From positions 160,001 to 224,000 of the forward strand of contig CAVXWP010000008.1 in NCBI GenBank assembly GCA_963765495.1: a DNA stretch of 64,000 nucleotides. The letters are read 5' to 3'. The stretch comes from Blastocatellia bacterium. Its GTDB lineage: Bacteria > Acidobacteriota > Blastocatellia > UBA7656. The notes below the pieces were generated by a model that had not been told where the DNA came from, ran no database searches, and saw only the letters and a program-made list of their open reading frames with translations. The position numbers were made by a program, and so were the translations under genes. Positions 37,806-50,300 of the stretch are shown here, one piece after another. Each line of letters opens with the position of its first letter. Position 1 is the first letter of the stretch.

Positions 37806-40800
37806 ATGACTACGACCCTCTCGCATTATCGCGTGTTAGAGCGGCTCGGCGGCGGCGCGATGGGCGAAGTCTACAAGGCGGAAGACCTCAGATTGAAGCG
37901 AATGGTAGCCTTGAAGTTCCTCTCACCCCGATCAGCCTCCGACGGGCAATATCCCCGGCGATTCGTGGAAGAGGCGCAGCGCGCAGCCTCGCTCAATCAC
38001 CCCAGCATAGCTACTATTTATGAACTCGGCCGGGAGGGGGATCTGCTCTACATAGCGATGGAGTTTATCGAAGGAGAGAGTCTGGCGCAAAGAATCACGC
38101 GGGAAAGGATGGAAATTAGCGAGATCGTCGATATTGCCATCCAGTCGGCGGAAGCCCTGAGAGTCGCGCACGAACACGGGTGTATTCATTGTGATATCAA
38201 AAGCTCCAACATTATGCTTACCTTCGATGGTGCGGTAAAGGTGCTCGATTTCGGATTGGCCAGGATGGCGCAGGCTGACACCGAAGAGACTCTCGATCCC
38301 GCCCTAGTGGGCATCTGCGAACTGGCAGGCACACCGTCTTACATGTCGCCCGAACAGGCGCGAGGCGAATCGCTTGACCTGCGAACAGACCTCTTTTCAC
38401 TTGGAGTCGTTCTGTTCGAAATGATCACATCTCGACTGCCGTTTGAGGGTGAGAGTCACGCCAGGATTCTTCGCGCCGTTCTCGATCAGGATACGCCTCC
38501 GCTTGGGAACTTTCGAGAAGACGTGCCTCTGGAACTGGAAGCGATAGTCAGACGAGCGGTTGAGAAGAATCGACAAGGACGCTACGCTTCGGCCAAAGAG
38601 ATGATGTCGGACCTCAAACGCCTGAGAGACCGGCTTGAGCCTCCGGCCTACGGCAAATTCGTTCCCGGCAAAGAGCGGGTCGCGCAGTTCGATTTTGTGG
38701 AGAGCGAAATTCCCGAAAGCGCCCCGCACCTGAAATCGCGGGATCAGCTTGACCCGATCAGGCGCTATCGGAGGTGGATTGTGGGGCTCAGCGTTTTCGC
38801 TCTGCTGGCTGCCGCGCTCGACTTCATATTAATCCGGCCCCAGGGCCTTTATCGCTTGAGAGATGCCCTGCTGCTGTTGATCGGTTTTCTGGGTTATGCA
38901 GTCTACAGGAGGCTCAATATTGGGGCTATGAGGCCCGTCCATCGGGCGACAGGAGGGACGGCCTTTCGGGGCTTGCTGCCGTTTCAGGAGGCCGACAGAA
39001 ACCGCTTCTACGGCCGAGAGGCTGAAACGGCGGCGCTGTTTGAGTTGATCACTCACACGGATTTTCGTTTTGGCGTGTTGTATGGAGATTCGGGCAGTGG
39101 CAAGACCTCGCTTATCCGCGCCGCACTGTTGCCCAGACTCTGGGAAGAGGGTTATGTGCCTCTTTACTGCCGGTCCTATAAAGACCCGCTTGCTGCGCTT
39201 CTGGAAGAGTGTCGCAGGCAGAGCGGGGTTGAGACGGGCGAAGGCGAGCCGGTGGTCTCATATCTTCGCAGGGTCGCCTACGAACTCGATGCAAGGCTTG
39301 TGGTCATCTGCGACCAGTTTGAAGAATTCTTCGTGAACTTCAAGACGAGCAAAGAGCGCCACCCGTTCGTAGAGGTGGTTGCCCGATGTCTATCCGCTGG
39401 TGATATGCCGGTCAAGTTTCTCTTCTCGATGCGGTCGGATTTTCTTTATCTGATCGGCGCGGAATTCGATCCCCTTGTGGTCGAGCCTCTGGCAAGCTCG
39501 CGCCGCTTTCATCTGCGCAACTTCGATGAAGACCAGGCGGCAAACATAATTGCAAAGTCGGTTCGGAGAGTGGGTCTGCCCTTTGAACCGGGTCTCAGTC
39601 ATCAGGTGGCGCGCGATCTGGCTGTGAGCGATGTCGTTTTGCCTTCCGAGCTTCAGATAGTAGGGGAGCGGTTGCAGAGCAAACGGATATATACGGTTGC
39701 GGCGTACAGGCGAGCGGGCGGCAAAGAGCAACTCGTGCACGGCTTTCTGGAAGATGTCGTACAGACTTCGAGGGATGTGGAAGCCGCGAAACTGTTATTG
39801 CGCAGCCTGATCTCGGATGAGAATACGCGACTCACACTGCCGCTTGACGAGATCGCCAGACGAACGCAACGCAGCGAAGCTTCGATTGAGCGATTGCTCG
39901 ATCATTTCGTCGAGTCTCGGCTAATACGCGCGATACAGGACGAGACTCCCTGGCGCTATGAATTGATGCACGAATACCTGATCGAAAGGATAAACCGCAT
40001 AACGGGCAGGGTGATGGACGCGACTCAGCGCGCCAACCGCCTCTTGCGGCAGTACGTCTCGGATCACTCGGTAGACAGAGGGGCTCTTATACCAATCAGT
40101 AAAGTCTGGTTTATTCGAAGGTATTCGGACATAGAGAAGGGCGAGCGCGAGCGCAAGTTATTGAGAAAGAGTCTGGTCCGAGGCGGGCTGAAGTCTATAC
40201 TTCTTATTCTGCTGTTGATCGCGGCGGCGACTGCCGCAGCGGCTGCGCTTTCGATAAGAGAAGAGTGGGAGGGAACTCGTTTGAGCGACGGCCACACGGC
40301 TGCTGTTCGGCAAGCGGCCTTCTCGCCCGACGGCAGGTTGCTTGTCTCCGTAGGCGAAGACGCGAAGGTGATCGTATGGGATTTCGCTTCGCGCGAGCAG
40401 CTTGCCACTTTCACAGATCACACGGGATGGATATACACCGTAGCCTTCTCGCCCGACGGCAGATGGTTTGCGACCGGAGGCGCTGACCAAACGGTAATCG
40501 TCTGGGATGCGCGGCGATTGCAAAAAGTGACGACCTTGCGCGGGCACACGGCCACGGTCGCTGCCGTCGCGTTTTCGCCTGACGGTCGGCTGCTGGCTAC
40601 CTCGGGCACAGGCGACTCAACGATAATCTGGAAGGTGGGAGAGTGGCAAAAGCTTCTTATGCTATCCCCTACCGTGTTTGCCGATGGACGTGTGATATTT
40701 ACCTCCGACAGTCGCCAACTCGTATCTTCTATGGGAGAGGTATGGGATGTGACTACGGGGAGGAAAGAGCCAACCAGTTTTGAGGACGGAAACTGGTTCG

Positions 40801-42023
40801 CCCGTTCGCCCGATCAATCGCGCAGCGTAATCATAGGAGGCTCAGGCGTGGTCTATTTCGAAGACCTGATTCATAAGAAGATCACCGGAACCTATCGCGC
40901 TCATCAAGACAACGGGCGCGGCGCGGCCTTCTCGCCTGACGGTAAACTCGTCGCTACGGCCGCCGAAAACATCATCCTCTGGGATGCGGCTACGGAGACC
41001 AAAGTCGCGCGACTCGAACATGCGGCCATTGTCTGGAACGTGAATTTTTCGCCCGACGGGCGCTGGCTTGTCTCGACGCACGGAGACGGGGCCATACTGC
41101 TGTGGGACGTGGCCGAGCGCGTGCTTGTCGCCAATTTCAACGAGCACAGCGGTCCGGTCCGAACGGTTGCCTACTCGCCTGACGGAAAGCGTCTGGCATC
41201 GGCAGGAGAAGACGATTCGATAATACTCTGGAATCCTGAAACGAGGCGAAAGGAAGCCACGCTCGTCGGGCACGGAACGCGGGTGACGGCGGTGGCCTTC
41301 TCGCCCGACGGGAAATGGATGGCATCCTGCGATCAGGACGCTTTAATCATCCTGTGGGACATCGATCAGCGCAAGCTCATTTGGGGTCACACGCAAACCG
41401 ACGAAATCGGAATCAATACGACTTGCTATTGCATAGCCTTTTCGCCCGATGGTCGCTACCTGGCAACAAGCAACACTGTATTAGAGAGCGAGACGGGCCG
41501 AGTGGTAGCTCGATTCCTGGAGGGAAGCACCGTTTACGGAGTGGCCTTTTCTCCGGATGGGCGCAGACTTGCTCGCCTGTCATACCGCGGATATATATCC
41601 CTGTTGAATACCGCCGACTGGCAGGAAGCCTACAGGCAGGAGGTGCGCGGGACGCAATTGATCAATGTAAGCTATTCGCCCGACTCAAGGCGGCTGGTGA
41701 CGGGCGAAAGCGAAGGCAATATACGTTTGTGGGAAACCGAGCCTCTACGTCAGGTTGGAGTGATCGGGCGGCACTCGGCGCGAGTAAAATCGGTAGCCTT
41801 CTCGCCCGACGGTCGCCATCTGGCATCGGCTGGCGACGATCAGACAATCGCCTTGTGGGATGTGGACGGCCCGGGCCTCGTCACCCGCATAGGATCACAT
41901 ACCGCGCCCGTGCTCTCGGTAGCCTTCTCGCCCGACGGGCGGCATCTGGTTTCGGGCGAGCACGATAAATCGGTCCGCGTCTATACCCGACACCGCACGC
42001 TCTGGGGATTCGAGTTGGATTGA
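37806..42023 (+). CDS. Ser/Thr kinase - TM hairpin - STAND-type NTPase - TM - WD40 repeat protein
   Basis: GGGAMGEV, VALK, HCDIKSSN, DFGLA, GTPSYMSPE; PFRGL-like motif AFRGLLPF, Walker A GDSGSGKT, Walker B ICDQFEE, HEYL; about 14 AFSPDG WD40 repeats. Confidence 0.92.
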   Translation: MTTTLSHYRVLERLGGGAMGEVYKAEDLRLKRMVALKFLSPRSASDGQYPRRFVEEAQRAASLNHPSIATIYELGREGDLLYIAMEFIEGESLAQRITRERMEISEIVDIAIQSAEALRVAHEHGCIHCDIKSSNIMLTFDGAVKVLDFGLARMAQADTEETLDPALVGICELAGTPSYMSPEQARGESLDLRTDLFSLGVVLFEMITSRLPFEGESHARILRAVLDQDTPPLGNFREDVPLELEAIVRRAVEKNRQGRYASAKEMMSDLKRLRDRLEPPAYGKFVPGKERVAQFDFVESEIPESAPHLKSRDQLDPIRRYRRWIVGLSVFALLAAALDFILIRPQGLYRLRDALLLLIGFLGYAVYRRLNIGAMRPVHRATGGTAFRGLLPFQEADRNRFYGREAETAALFELITHTDFRFGVLYGDSGSGKTSLIRAALLPRLWEEGYVPLYCRSYKDPLAALLEECRRQSGVETGEGEPVVSYLRRVAYELDARLVVICDQFEEFFVNFKTSKERHPFVEVVARCLSAGDMPVKFLFSMRSDFLYLIGAEFDPLVVEPLASSRRFHLRNFDEDQAANIIAKSVRRVGLPFEPGLSHQVARDLAVSDVVLPSELQIVGERLQSKRIYTVAAYRRAGGKEQLVHGFLEDVVQTSRDVEAAKLLLRSLISDENTRLTLPLDEIARRTQRSEASIERLLDHFVESRLIRAIQDETPWRYELMHEYLIERINRITGRVMDATQRANRLLRQYVSDHSVDRGALIPISKVWFIRRYSDIEKGERERKLLRKSLVRGGLKSILLILLLIAAATAAAAALSIREEWEGTRLSDGHTAAVRQAAFSPDGRLLVSVGEDAKVIVWDFASREQLATFTDHTGWIYTVAFSPDGRWFATGGADQTVIVWDARRLQKVTTLRGHTATVAAVAFSPDGRLLATSGTGDSTIIWKVGEWQKLLMLSPTVFADGRVIFTSDSRQLVSSMGEVWDVTTGRKEPTSFEDGNWFARSPDQSRSVIIGGSGVVYFEDLIHKKITGTYRAHQDNGRGAAFSPDGKLVATAAENIILWDAATETKVARLEHAAIVWNVNFSPDGRWLVSTHGDGAILLWDVAERVLVANFNEHSGPVRTVAYSPDGKRLASAGEDDSIILWNPETRRKEATLVGHGTRVTAVAFSPDGKWMASCDQDALIILWDIDQRKLIWGHTQTDEIGINTTCYCIAFSPDGRYLATSNTVLESETGRVVARFLEGSTVYGVAFSPDGRRLARLSYRGYISLLNTADWQEAYRQEVRGTQLINVSYSPDSRRLVTGESEGNIRLWETEPLRQVGVIGRHSARVKSVAFSPDGRHLASAGDDQTIALWDVDGPGLVTRIGSHTAPVLSVAFSPDGRHLVSGEHDKSVRVYTRHRTLWGFELD

Positions 42024-42027
42024 TTTT

Positions 42028-42135
42028 TGATGATGCGTTATTCGAGATGCGTGATACGTGATTTCTGAAATAAGCACTTGACTGTTAACAGCCATCCGCC
42101 TGGAACTCACGCATCACTCTTCACGCATCACGCGT
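42028..42135. repeat. GATGCGT inverted pair
   Basis: tgatgatgcgt..gatgcgtgatacgtga ... tcacgcatcactcttcacgcatcacgc. Confidence 0.8.
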
Positions 42136-42166
42136 CATCTTCCGGCTGACTCCCGATGGGGTTAAG

Positions 42167-43975
42167 ATGAAATCGAACATTGATCGGATCAAAAGCCTTG
42201 CCGATACGCTGGCTGCATTGCTTGCGCAGGAACAGCATTCCACTCAATCTCTGATTTCATCACTTACGGGATCATTAAGAGCATTGCAAGGCAACACGGC
42301 AGACCGGCGATTCAATCGGCTGCTTGCGCAATTGAAGGTGCTTGCCGAGCGTCTGGACCTGCTGACAGAGATGGCTGCGCGCGACTTTCTGTCGAAGATC
42401 ACATCCGAAGCAGATGAGCTTGCGCGCGTTGCAGCCGATAGCCGTCTCTCTCTCGTGATCATGCAGATCATCTCTCAGCCGAAACATTCTCTGAGTCTCT
42501 TTTGCGAAACTCTGCTTGACGCCTTGATTAAAGTCACACAAACGGAACGCGGGTTCGTGCTTTTCTACCTGCCGGAATCTACGGAGGCGGAGATAGTCGC
42601 CGCTCGCAATTTCCAGACTACGAACCTCTCGCTGAAAGAGTACAACTTCAGCCGGACCTTACTCAGGGAGATGCTCGACCGAGGAGATGCGCTGTTGCTC
42701 GAAGACGCAAGCTCCAACCCTCTCTACTCGAAAGAGGAAAGCGTAGTCAGGCTCGGACTGAAATCGGTTCTGGCCGTTCCTCTGAAGCAGAACGAAAGGA
42801 CGCTTGCGGTGCTCTATCTTGAGAACAACTCGCACCCCTGCGCCTTCACCGATGAAGACAGACGGCTTCTTGAAATGGTGGCCGCCTTTGCTGTCTCTTA
42901 TCTCGATCAGGCGAGGCTCTTGCCCATAGCCCTGGCCGAAGAGACAAGCGTTTTCTTTGACGCAGAGAAAGCCTCAAGAGAGATCATCGGTCGGGATCCC
43001 AAGATTCTGTCGCTGCTTGAAATCATAAACCGGCTCGCCGATTCACCGGCAACCGTGTTGATAGAAGGCGAATCAGGGACGGGCAAAGAACTCATCGCGC
43101 GCGCCTTGCATTATCAAAGCAGCAGGCGCGACCATCCCTTCGTGGCTCTAAACTGCGCGGCCATCCCCGACACATTGCTCGAATCCGAATTGTTCGGCCA
43201 CGAAAAGGGGGCCTTTACCGGGGCCCTGGAACGTTACATAGGCCGCATAGAACAGGGCGACGGAGGGACTATCTTTTTTGATGAGGTGAGCGAGCTTGCT
43301 TATCCACTTCAGGCCAAGCTGCTGCGCTTCCTGCAATCGAACGAATTTGACCGGCTGGGCGGCAAGCAAACCCTCAAAGTGGATGTGCGAGTCGTAGCCG
43401 CCACAAGCAAGGATCTGAAGGCGATGACCGATGCGGGTCAATTTCAACAGGCGCTCTACTATCGGCTGAACGTCATCCCAGTCCGTGTGCCCGCGCTTCG
43501 AGAGCGCAAACAGGATATCCCCCTGCTGATTGATTATGTGCTCGAAAAGTTTTCCACCGTCTACGGAAAATGCATAAGAGTCGAGCGTGATGTTTACGAG
43601 GTGTTGAAAGAGTACGCCTTCCCCGGCAATGTGCGCGAGCTTGAAAACCTAGTGCAGCGGCTAATAGCGCTCGCAGGCGGAGATGTCATCTCCGTCAATG
43701 ATCTGCCCGGAGAGGTGCTTCATATCCAGACGCAGCGAATCAATCTCGAAAAGGAGCCGTTGTATCGTCTGCTGGAGACTCAACCTGCTTCGCTTGACGA
43801 ATTGCGAAAGCGCAAATCGGAACTCAATCGCATCCTCGCCGCGCAAGAACGACAACTGGTCGAACGAGTGATCGAGGAAACGGGCGGCAACCTTACCGAA
43901 GCAGCCACCCGTCTTGGCATGCATCGCGTCACGCTTCACAAGAGACTGAAGCGCACGCGCAAGAAGAGCGATTGA
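42167..43975 (+). CDS. sigma-54-dependent enhancer-binding protein (helical N-terminus, GAF, AAA+, Fis HTH)
   Basis: [48 protein letters not shown]. Confidence 0.95.
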   Translation: MKSNIDRIKSLADTLAALLAQEQHSTQSLISSLTGSLRALQGNTADRRFNRLLAQLKVLAERLDLLTEMAARDFLSKITSEADELARVAADSRLSLVIMQIISQPKHSLSLFCETLLDALIKVTQTERGFVLFYLPESTEAEIVAARNFQTTNLSLKEYNFSRTLLREMLDRGDALLLEDASSNPLYSKEESVVRLGLKSVLAVPLKQNERTLAVLYLENNSHPCAFTDEDRRLLEMVAAFAVSYLDQARLLPIALAEETSVFFDAEKASREIIGRDPKILSLLEIINRLADSPATVLIEGESGTGKELIARALHYQSSRRDHPFVALNCAAIPDTLLESELFGHEKGAFTGALERYIGRIEQGDGGTIFFDEVSELAYPLQAKLLRFLQSNEFDRLGGKQTLKVDVRVVAATSKDLKAMTDAGQFQQALYYRLNVIPVRVPALRERKQDIPLLIDYVLEKFSTVYGKCIRVERDVYEVLKEYAFPGNVRELENLVQRLIALAGGDVISVNDLPGEVLHIQTQRINLEKEPLYRLLETQPASLDELRKRKSELNRILAAQERQLVERVIEETGGNLTEAATRLGMHRVTLHKRLKRTRKKSD

Positions 43976-43976
43976 T

Positions 43977-43995
43977 TGTAGCCCTTTTGGCTACA
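43977..43995. promoter_or_regulatory. putative bEBP upstream activating sequence 1
   Basis: Palindrome TGTAGC-N7-GCTACA, repeated at 44091. Confidence 0.7.
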
Positions 43996-44090
43996 CACAC
44001 AATTCATGCCTCGGGCCTCGGGATCGTCAATCAACGAGGTGGATCTCTTCTAATAATTAAGCTTCCTTCGAAATCGCGCTGGTTTTGCAT

Positions 44091-44109
44091 TGTAGCTCAT
44101 ACGGCTACA
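44091..44109. promoter_or_regulatory. putative bEBP upstream activating sequence 2
   Basis: Palindrome TGTAGC-N7-GCTACA about 90 bp upstream of the -24 element. Confidence 0.7.
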
Positions 44110-44195
44110 ACGAAAATCCTTCGCCGTACTTCATTCAAACAGGCAAATGTTTTAGACGGGAGAGATAACCTCTTTTGCCGGTTTGCGTCCGCACT

Positions 44196-44212
44196 TCGGC
44201 ACGACCTGTGCT
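44196..44212 (+). promoter_or_regulatory. sigma-54 (-24/-12) promoter
   Basis: TCGGCACG-ACCT-GTGCT, with GG-N10-GC spacing close to TGGCACG-N4-TTGCW. Confidence 0.75.
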
Positions 44213-44387
44213 GTTCATTTTCTGTCTTTACGATCTCTTGGGGTTTGATCGGCATATCGGTCAATTGCAAAATCGAAAACTGCCTTAAGGCCGTCAACAA
44301 ACTGACTGATTACCTGGCTTGAAATGCTCAATAGGTCATAAAAAAAACACTCGAATTGTTTACCCGGCCCTGGGTCCAGGAGGCATA

Positions 44388-47300
44388 ATGAGAAACAGAT
44401 TTGTCGTCTTCGTATCATTGCTGGGATTGTCATTGGTAATTACCTCATCAATTGAAACCATCCGGGACCTTGCCTCTGCTTCGACCAGCAGAGAGCCGTC
44501 TCCATCCGGCGAGCATGTTCAAGGAACGAGCACAACAGCTACATCGGGGGGCGGAAGCGGAAAAAGAATCCTTACCGTCACCCTGAATGTCTCGAATACA
44601 GATGACAGCGGGCCGGGGTCGCTCAGAGACGCGATTGATCAGGCCAACAGTGATGGCGTATTCTCGGTCATTACATTCGATCCCTTGCTTGCCGGTCAGA
44701 GCATTCAACTGCAATCGCCACTGCCCGCCCTGAGCGAGGGCGGCACCACTATCGACGGTGATGTCAACGATGATTGCATACCCGACATAGAACTTAATGG
44801 CCAGCTTGTCAACGATAGCGCCATAAAACTCCTTTCAAACGACAATCTGATTTGCGGCCTCATCATCAATCGTTTTGGGCGAGCCGGGGTTATGATCTCA
44901 GGCGGGCACAACAATCAACTCGAATGCAATTACATCGGAACCGATGCCACGGCTACGCAGAACCTGGGCAATCGAGGTGGCATTGGCATCGGAAACGGTT
45001 CCTCGGACAATCAGGCGGGGCCGGGCAACATCATCGCCTTCAACCTGGGCACCGGAGTTGAGATCGCTGACGGAGCAAACTTTGCTTATCCGACTTTCAC
45101 AGGGCTCACACCCGATTACACGGGGATGTTTCCTGCAATCAGCTTTCCGGCTACGGGAGGAGCGTTCCGCAGCACAGACGGCATCACGCCGATAGACGGA
45201 AACGGGCATCCGTTTGCCGACGAGTTCGGGGCGCGTTTCACGGGCACTCTGAATGTAGGAGCGACGGGAAGCTATACCTTCGCCGTCAGCGTGGACGATC
45301 AGGCGCGACTGCTTGTGGATGGATCGCTTGTGGCTAGTTTCAACATCCCGACAGAGACTCAGGTAACGGTCGGTCTCAGCATCGGAGATCACACGATAGA
45401 GCTCGATTATTTCGACGGGCCTGGAATAGCACGGTTGAGTCTTGCGATCACAGGGCCGGGGTCTGTCGGACTGACAAATGGAGGAAATCCCGGCCTGTTT
45501 GGAGAGTTCTTCCAGTTGCGTATACCGAGCGAGCGAAATCGGATCACACAGAACTCGATCTTTCAGAATGAGTCGCTAGGGATAAATCTGGACGCGCTGG
45601 AAGACGAGACCGGCGTAAACCCAAACGACCCCGGAGACGACGACATCGGGCCGAACACGGCATTGAATTTTCCAGAGATCAACTTTGTCACAGACAACGG
45701 CGACGGCACGTTTACGCTCAACGGTACAGCGCCGCCGAGTTCAACCGTAGAGATATTTGCGACGACTGATGATGATCCTTCGCATCATGGAGAAGGGAAG
45801 AGTTATTTGACAACGGTGACGGCCAATGTGGGAGGGGGAAACTTTTCTGTAACGGTGACAGCGCCTCCTGGGTTTACAGCGGTGACGGCGACGGCCACCG
45901 ACGCGGATGGGAATACATCCGAGTTTTCGCGCAACAAGACGCTTGCGCAGAGCAGATGGAATCCGACCTTTATCTTCTCGAACCTTCCCGACATTTCAGG
46001 GCCGACAGGGTATGTGGCGGGCGACCTCGACGGCGACGGCGATCTGGACCTCATTGCCGCAGGTCACGGAAACAACAGCCCGTGCAGACTGCTTGTCTTA
46101 AAGCAGAACGCCGCAGGCAACTATGACGGAATAAGCCAGGAGCCGATGGGGACAGACGAAGGTCTGTGCAACGGAAGGGAGGCGCTCGCCCTGGGAGATG
46201 TGGATGCGGATGGCGACCTTGATTTCGTCGCGCAGGGCATCGACAACAGCTCGACGCCGAGGCTGATACTGTTTCTCAATGACGGCTCGGGGACATTTAT
46301 GCAGCAGCCCGATATCTTCGGCCCCGGTCTTTTTCAGGGCACAGTTGCCTTCGGAGATGTGGACAATGACGGCGATCTCGATCTTGCGGCAACCGGTCAG
46401 GACTCAGGCGGCACAGAGCGATTCCTGATCTTCAACAATAACGGGACGGGCGCGTTCACCCTGACGCAGGAGCCCAGAGGCGCGGGCAACGGCTACTTTC
46501 ACGGATCATCTTTAGTGTTCGGCGATCTGGACAATGATGGCGATCTGGACATCGTTGTGAGCGGTGGAGGCAACAATGGTAAGAGTCTGCATACTTACAA
46601 GAACAACGCCGGACAGTTCAATCTCGATCAACAACTGATCGTCGAGACCGAAGGGTTGAATAACAGCCTCTTGCGTCTGGCCGATCTGGATAAAGACGGC
46701 GACCTGGACCTTATTGCAGCGGGAAATAATTATGACGGGGTAAGCGAGAGAGCCCGGCTGGTGACGTTTCAGAATCAGGGACAGAGTTTTTCGACCGGCT
46801 TCACGCCTTTACAAGGATTGCCGATAACCGGGGGCTGGGCGGGGCTTGCCGTAGGAGATTGCAACGGCGACGGCTTTCCAGACGTGTTTGCCAACGGGCA
46901 CGACGGGTTCAACTTCCGGCTCTTCTACTTTGAAGGCCAGCCGGGAGGGCTTGTAGAAGCCGACCAGCCGGAAGTGACTTTTGTCGGGCCGGTGATATTC
47001 GGTGATTTCGACGGAGATAATGATCTTGACATGGTGGGCCTCCCGGTCCGCTTTCTCTACACAAACCTTCTCGGCCCGGCCAATTCGGCACCTGGAACTC
47101 CTTCCGGCCTTTTTGCCAGTGTCGAAGGCTCAAGCGCGAGCCTCACGTGGGCTTCGGCTTTCGACGCGGAAAGCGGTTCGCCTTCGCTCAGTTATGAACT
47201 GAGACTGGGGACCGCACCGGGGCAGTACGACGTGATCTCAGGAGTGTACGGCGCACCGCTTATGGGGACCTATCCGCTCGGACGGCTGGCTCCGATGCAG

Positions 47301-50300
47301 CCGGGGCGCAGGTTGAGTCTTGGGGCGGGCACATACTACTGGCAGGTGCGAGCAATAGACACAGGCTTGCGCGCGGGCGATTGGAGCGCGGAATCTTCAT
47401 TCGCCTTGCAGCCCTCGATCACGATCAATGATGTGACGGTGATCGAAGGAGACGCGGGAACCGTGCAGGCAGACTTCATCGTGACGCTTCTAAACCCGGC
47501 GGGGACAGCCACCGTAGATTACTCTACAACGAACGGCACGGCCACTGCCGGAAGCGATTACACGGCTGCCGCCGGGACTCTTACGCTATCGGCAGCCACC
47601 CCGGCTCAGACGGTCAGCATAACGGTCAACGGCGACACCACAGGCGAGGCTAACGAAAGATTCTTCGTCAATCTGAGCAACCCGTCGGGGGCGATCATAA
47701 GCGACAGCCAGGGCCAGTGCATCATCAATAATGATGATCCCGCCCCTGCAATTTCTATCAATGATGCGGCAGCGCCCGAAGGCAATTCAGGGACTCGGAA
47801 CTTGCTGTTCACCATGAGCATGTCCGGCGCAACCCATCAGGATGTCACGGTGGATTACAATCTGGTTGATCAATCGGCCACGGCAGGTAGCGATTACGTT
47901 GCTGATTCGGGAACCATAAGGCTGTTTGCCGGAGAGACTACTCACACGCTCGCCGTGACTATAAACGGAGATATAAGCGTAGAGGGAGACGAGACTTTCA
48001 GAGTAGACCTGAGCAATGCCACAAACGCCGCGCTTGCAGACGCGCAGGGCACAGGAACCATAATCGATGATGAAGGCGTAACGGAGCCTTCGCTTGCGAC
48101 GACCTGGAATCTGGCGCAGGAGGGGATGACCGACAGCTTTGGAGCGGCTACCGACGGCTCTGTTTACGTCCTTGGGGGAAGCTTTGGAGGCATATGGACT
48201 TCACCAGACGGAATCAACTGGACGAAGCGAATAAATCCCGACACTACATCGAAACCCATTCGCGCGGTGACTTACGGCGGCGGGCAGTTTGTGGCCGTAG
48301 GCCCCGGTCCGGTTGCCGACGGAGGCAGTCTTGTGCTGACATCGCCCGACGGAATCGACTGGACGCGGAGAAGCACCGCTCCCCTCAATCGAAGTCTGTT
48401 TGGTGTGGCCTACGGGAACGAGTTGTATGTGGCGACCTCAGGTGGCGTGGTCCTTACCTCCCCTGACGCGATCACATGGACGCAAAGGCAAACGGGTGCT
48501 AACCAGAGACTCAACGCAATAACCTTCGGCGGCGGCCAGTTCGTCGCTGTCGGAAATAGCAGGACCGTAGTCACTTCACCCGACGGAATCAATTGGACCG
48601 TGCGGGGAGGCATTCCGACCGGGGTCGTGGCGATGTTGAACTCCGTCACCCACGACGGGAGCCGGTTCATCGTGGTAAGCTCGGACCCGTCCAATGCGCC
48701 TGATTCCGGAGCAGGGATCATAACTTCGCCCGACGGCATCAACTGGACTCAACAGAGCGTGCCTGTGAACCAGCCGCTTCAAGGGGTCACGGCGGCAAAC
48801 GGCCTGATTGTGGCGGTGGGTAATGCCGGGATGAGCGGCAGTACCATCCTCACTTCTACAGACGGCATCAACTGGACAAGTCGGGCGATTGCCGATCCGG
48901 GGGCGGGAGTCGCGCGCTCTTTCAGGGCAGTCACATACGGCCCGGCAGGATTCCTTACGGCGGACGGGCGCGGAAATATCTTTACCTCGCCCGATGGTAC
49001 GACTGCCTGGGTCAGCCGGACGCTTCCCACTTCGCGCAACTTCTTTGGTGTGGCTCAAAACGGGAACGTCTACTGCGCGGTAGGTGGCAACGGCGTCGCC
49101 GCCACATCACCCGACGGCGTTACCTGGACACAGCAAATCACACCGGACTCCGCAGCTTATTACTTCTGGTGGTCGGTGACATACGGAAACGGATTGTTTG
49201 TGGCATCGGGCATATCCGACTCGATAATGACTTCGCCCGACGGCATAAGCTGGACTGTGAGGAATCCTACTACACCGCTGATTCCGTTTGGGAATCAGAC
49301 ATCGAACCTTACAGACATCACGTATGCCAATGGGATGTTCGTGGCTGTAGGCGAAGCCTATATCTCGCCAGGCCAGACAATCGCGCACTTCATCACATCG
49401 CCCGACGGCATCACATGGACGACACACGATCCGGGGATTACGGCGGGCGGCAGCATAGGCTTTAGCTGGATTTCAGTCACATACGGCAACGGAAAATATG
49501 TTGCGACCCTCACGGATGGTCTCACAGGCGAGTTCTACGTCCTGACTTCGACCGACGCTCAGAACTGGACCAGACAGCCGTCGCCGCTCTTCGATCCATT
49601 CGAGGCCTTTGTGGATGTAGTTTATACAGGCGGGCAATTCGTCGCCGTAGGAGACCGCATATGGACATCACCGGACGGGATCAACTGGACGTTGCGACTC
49701 GACTATATAAACGCCTTCTTTAACAGCGTGGCCAATGGCGGTGGACGCCTCATTGCGGTGGGCGCACAGGGAACAATCTATGGCTCGGCTGACGGCGTCA
49801 ACTGGTCGGCGCAAACCGGCGCAACCGTCAGCACTCAGAACGCGGTCACCGCAAGCCTCAGCGGCGATCAGTTCGTATCGGTCGGCCAGTCGGCCATAGA
49901 ATACGCAGGGTTTTCAGTCCCCGCAGTCTCGATCAACGACATCACGGTGGCGGAAGGCGATTCGGGAATATCGAACGCCACCTTTACGCTCACACTCTCT
50001 TCTGCGAGCAATCAGGCCGTGACGGTTGACTACTCGACTGCCGACGGGACCGCAACTGCCGGAAGCGATTATGTCGCAAGCGCGGGACAGATTACTTTCG
50101 CCCCGAATCAAACGGCGCAGACGCTTTCGATCACGATAAACGGTGATACGGTGAGCGAACCGCTTGAGACATTTTTTGTAAACCTGACGGGAGCTGCCAA
50201 CGCGCTGATTGCCGACAGCCAGGGCACCTGCACCATAGTCAACGATGATGCTACACCGTCGCTTTCGATAAGCGATGCCACTATTCTTGAAGGCAACAGC

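Noticed and set aside
40300-41960. Recurrent gccttctcgcccgacgg DNA repeats as a CRISPR array or DGR
   Set aside because: In-frame WD40 AFSPDG codons with degenerate wobble positions; no cas or reverse transcriptase genes
44315-44328. tggcttgaaatgct as the sigma-54 promoter
   Set aside because: GG-to-GC spacing is 8 rather than 10; the site at 44196-44212 fits
48190-49810. Repeated cccgacggcatcaactggac units
   Set aside because: Coding repeats (SPDGINWT) within the giant protein
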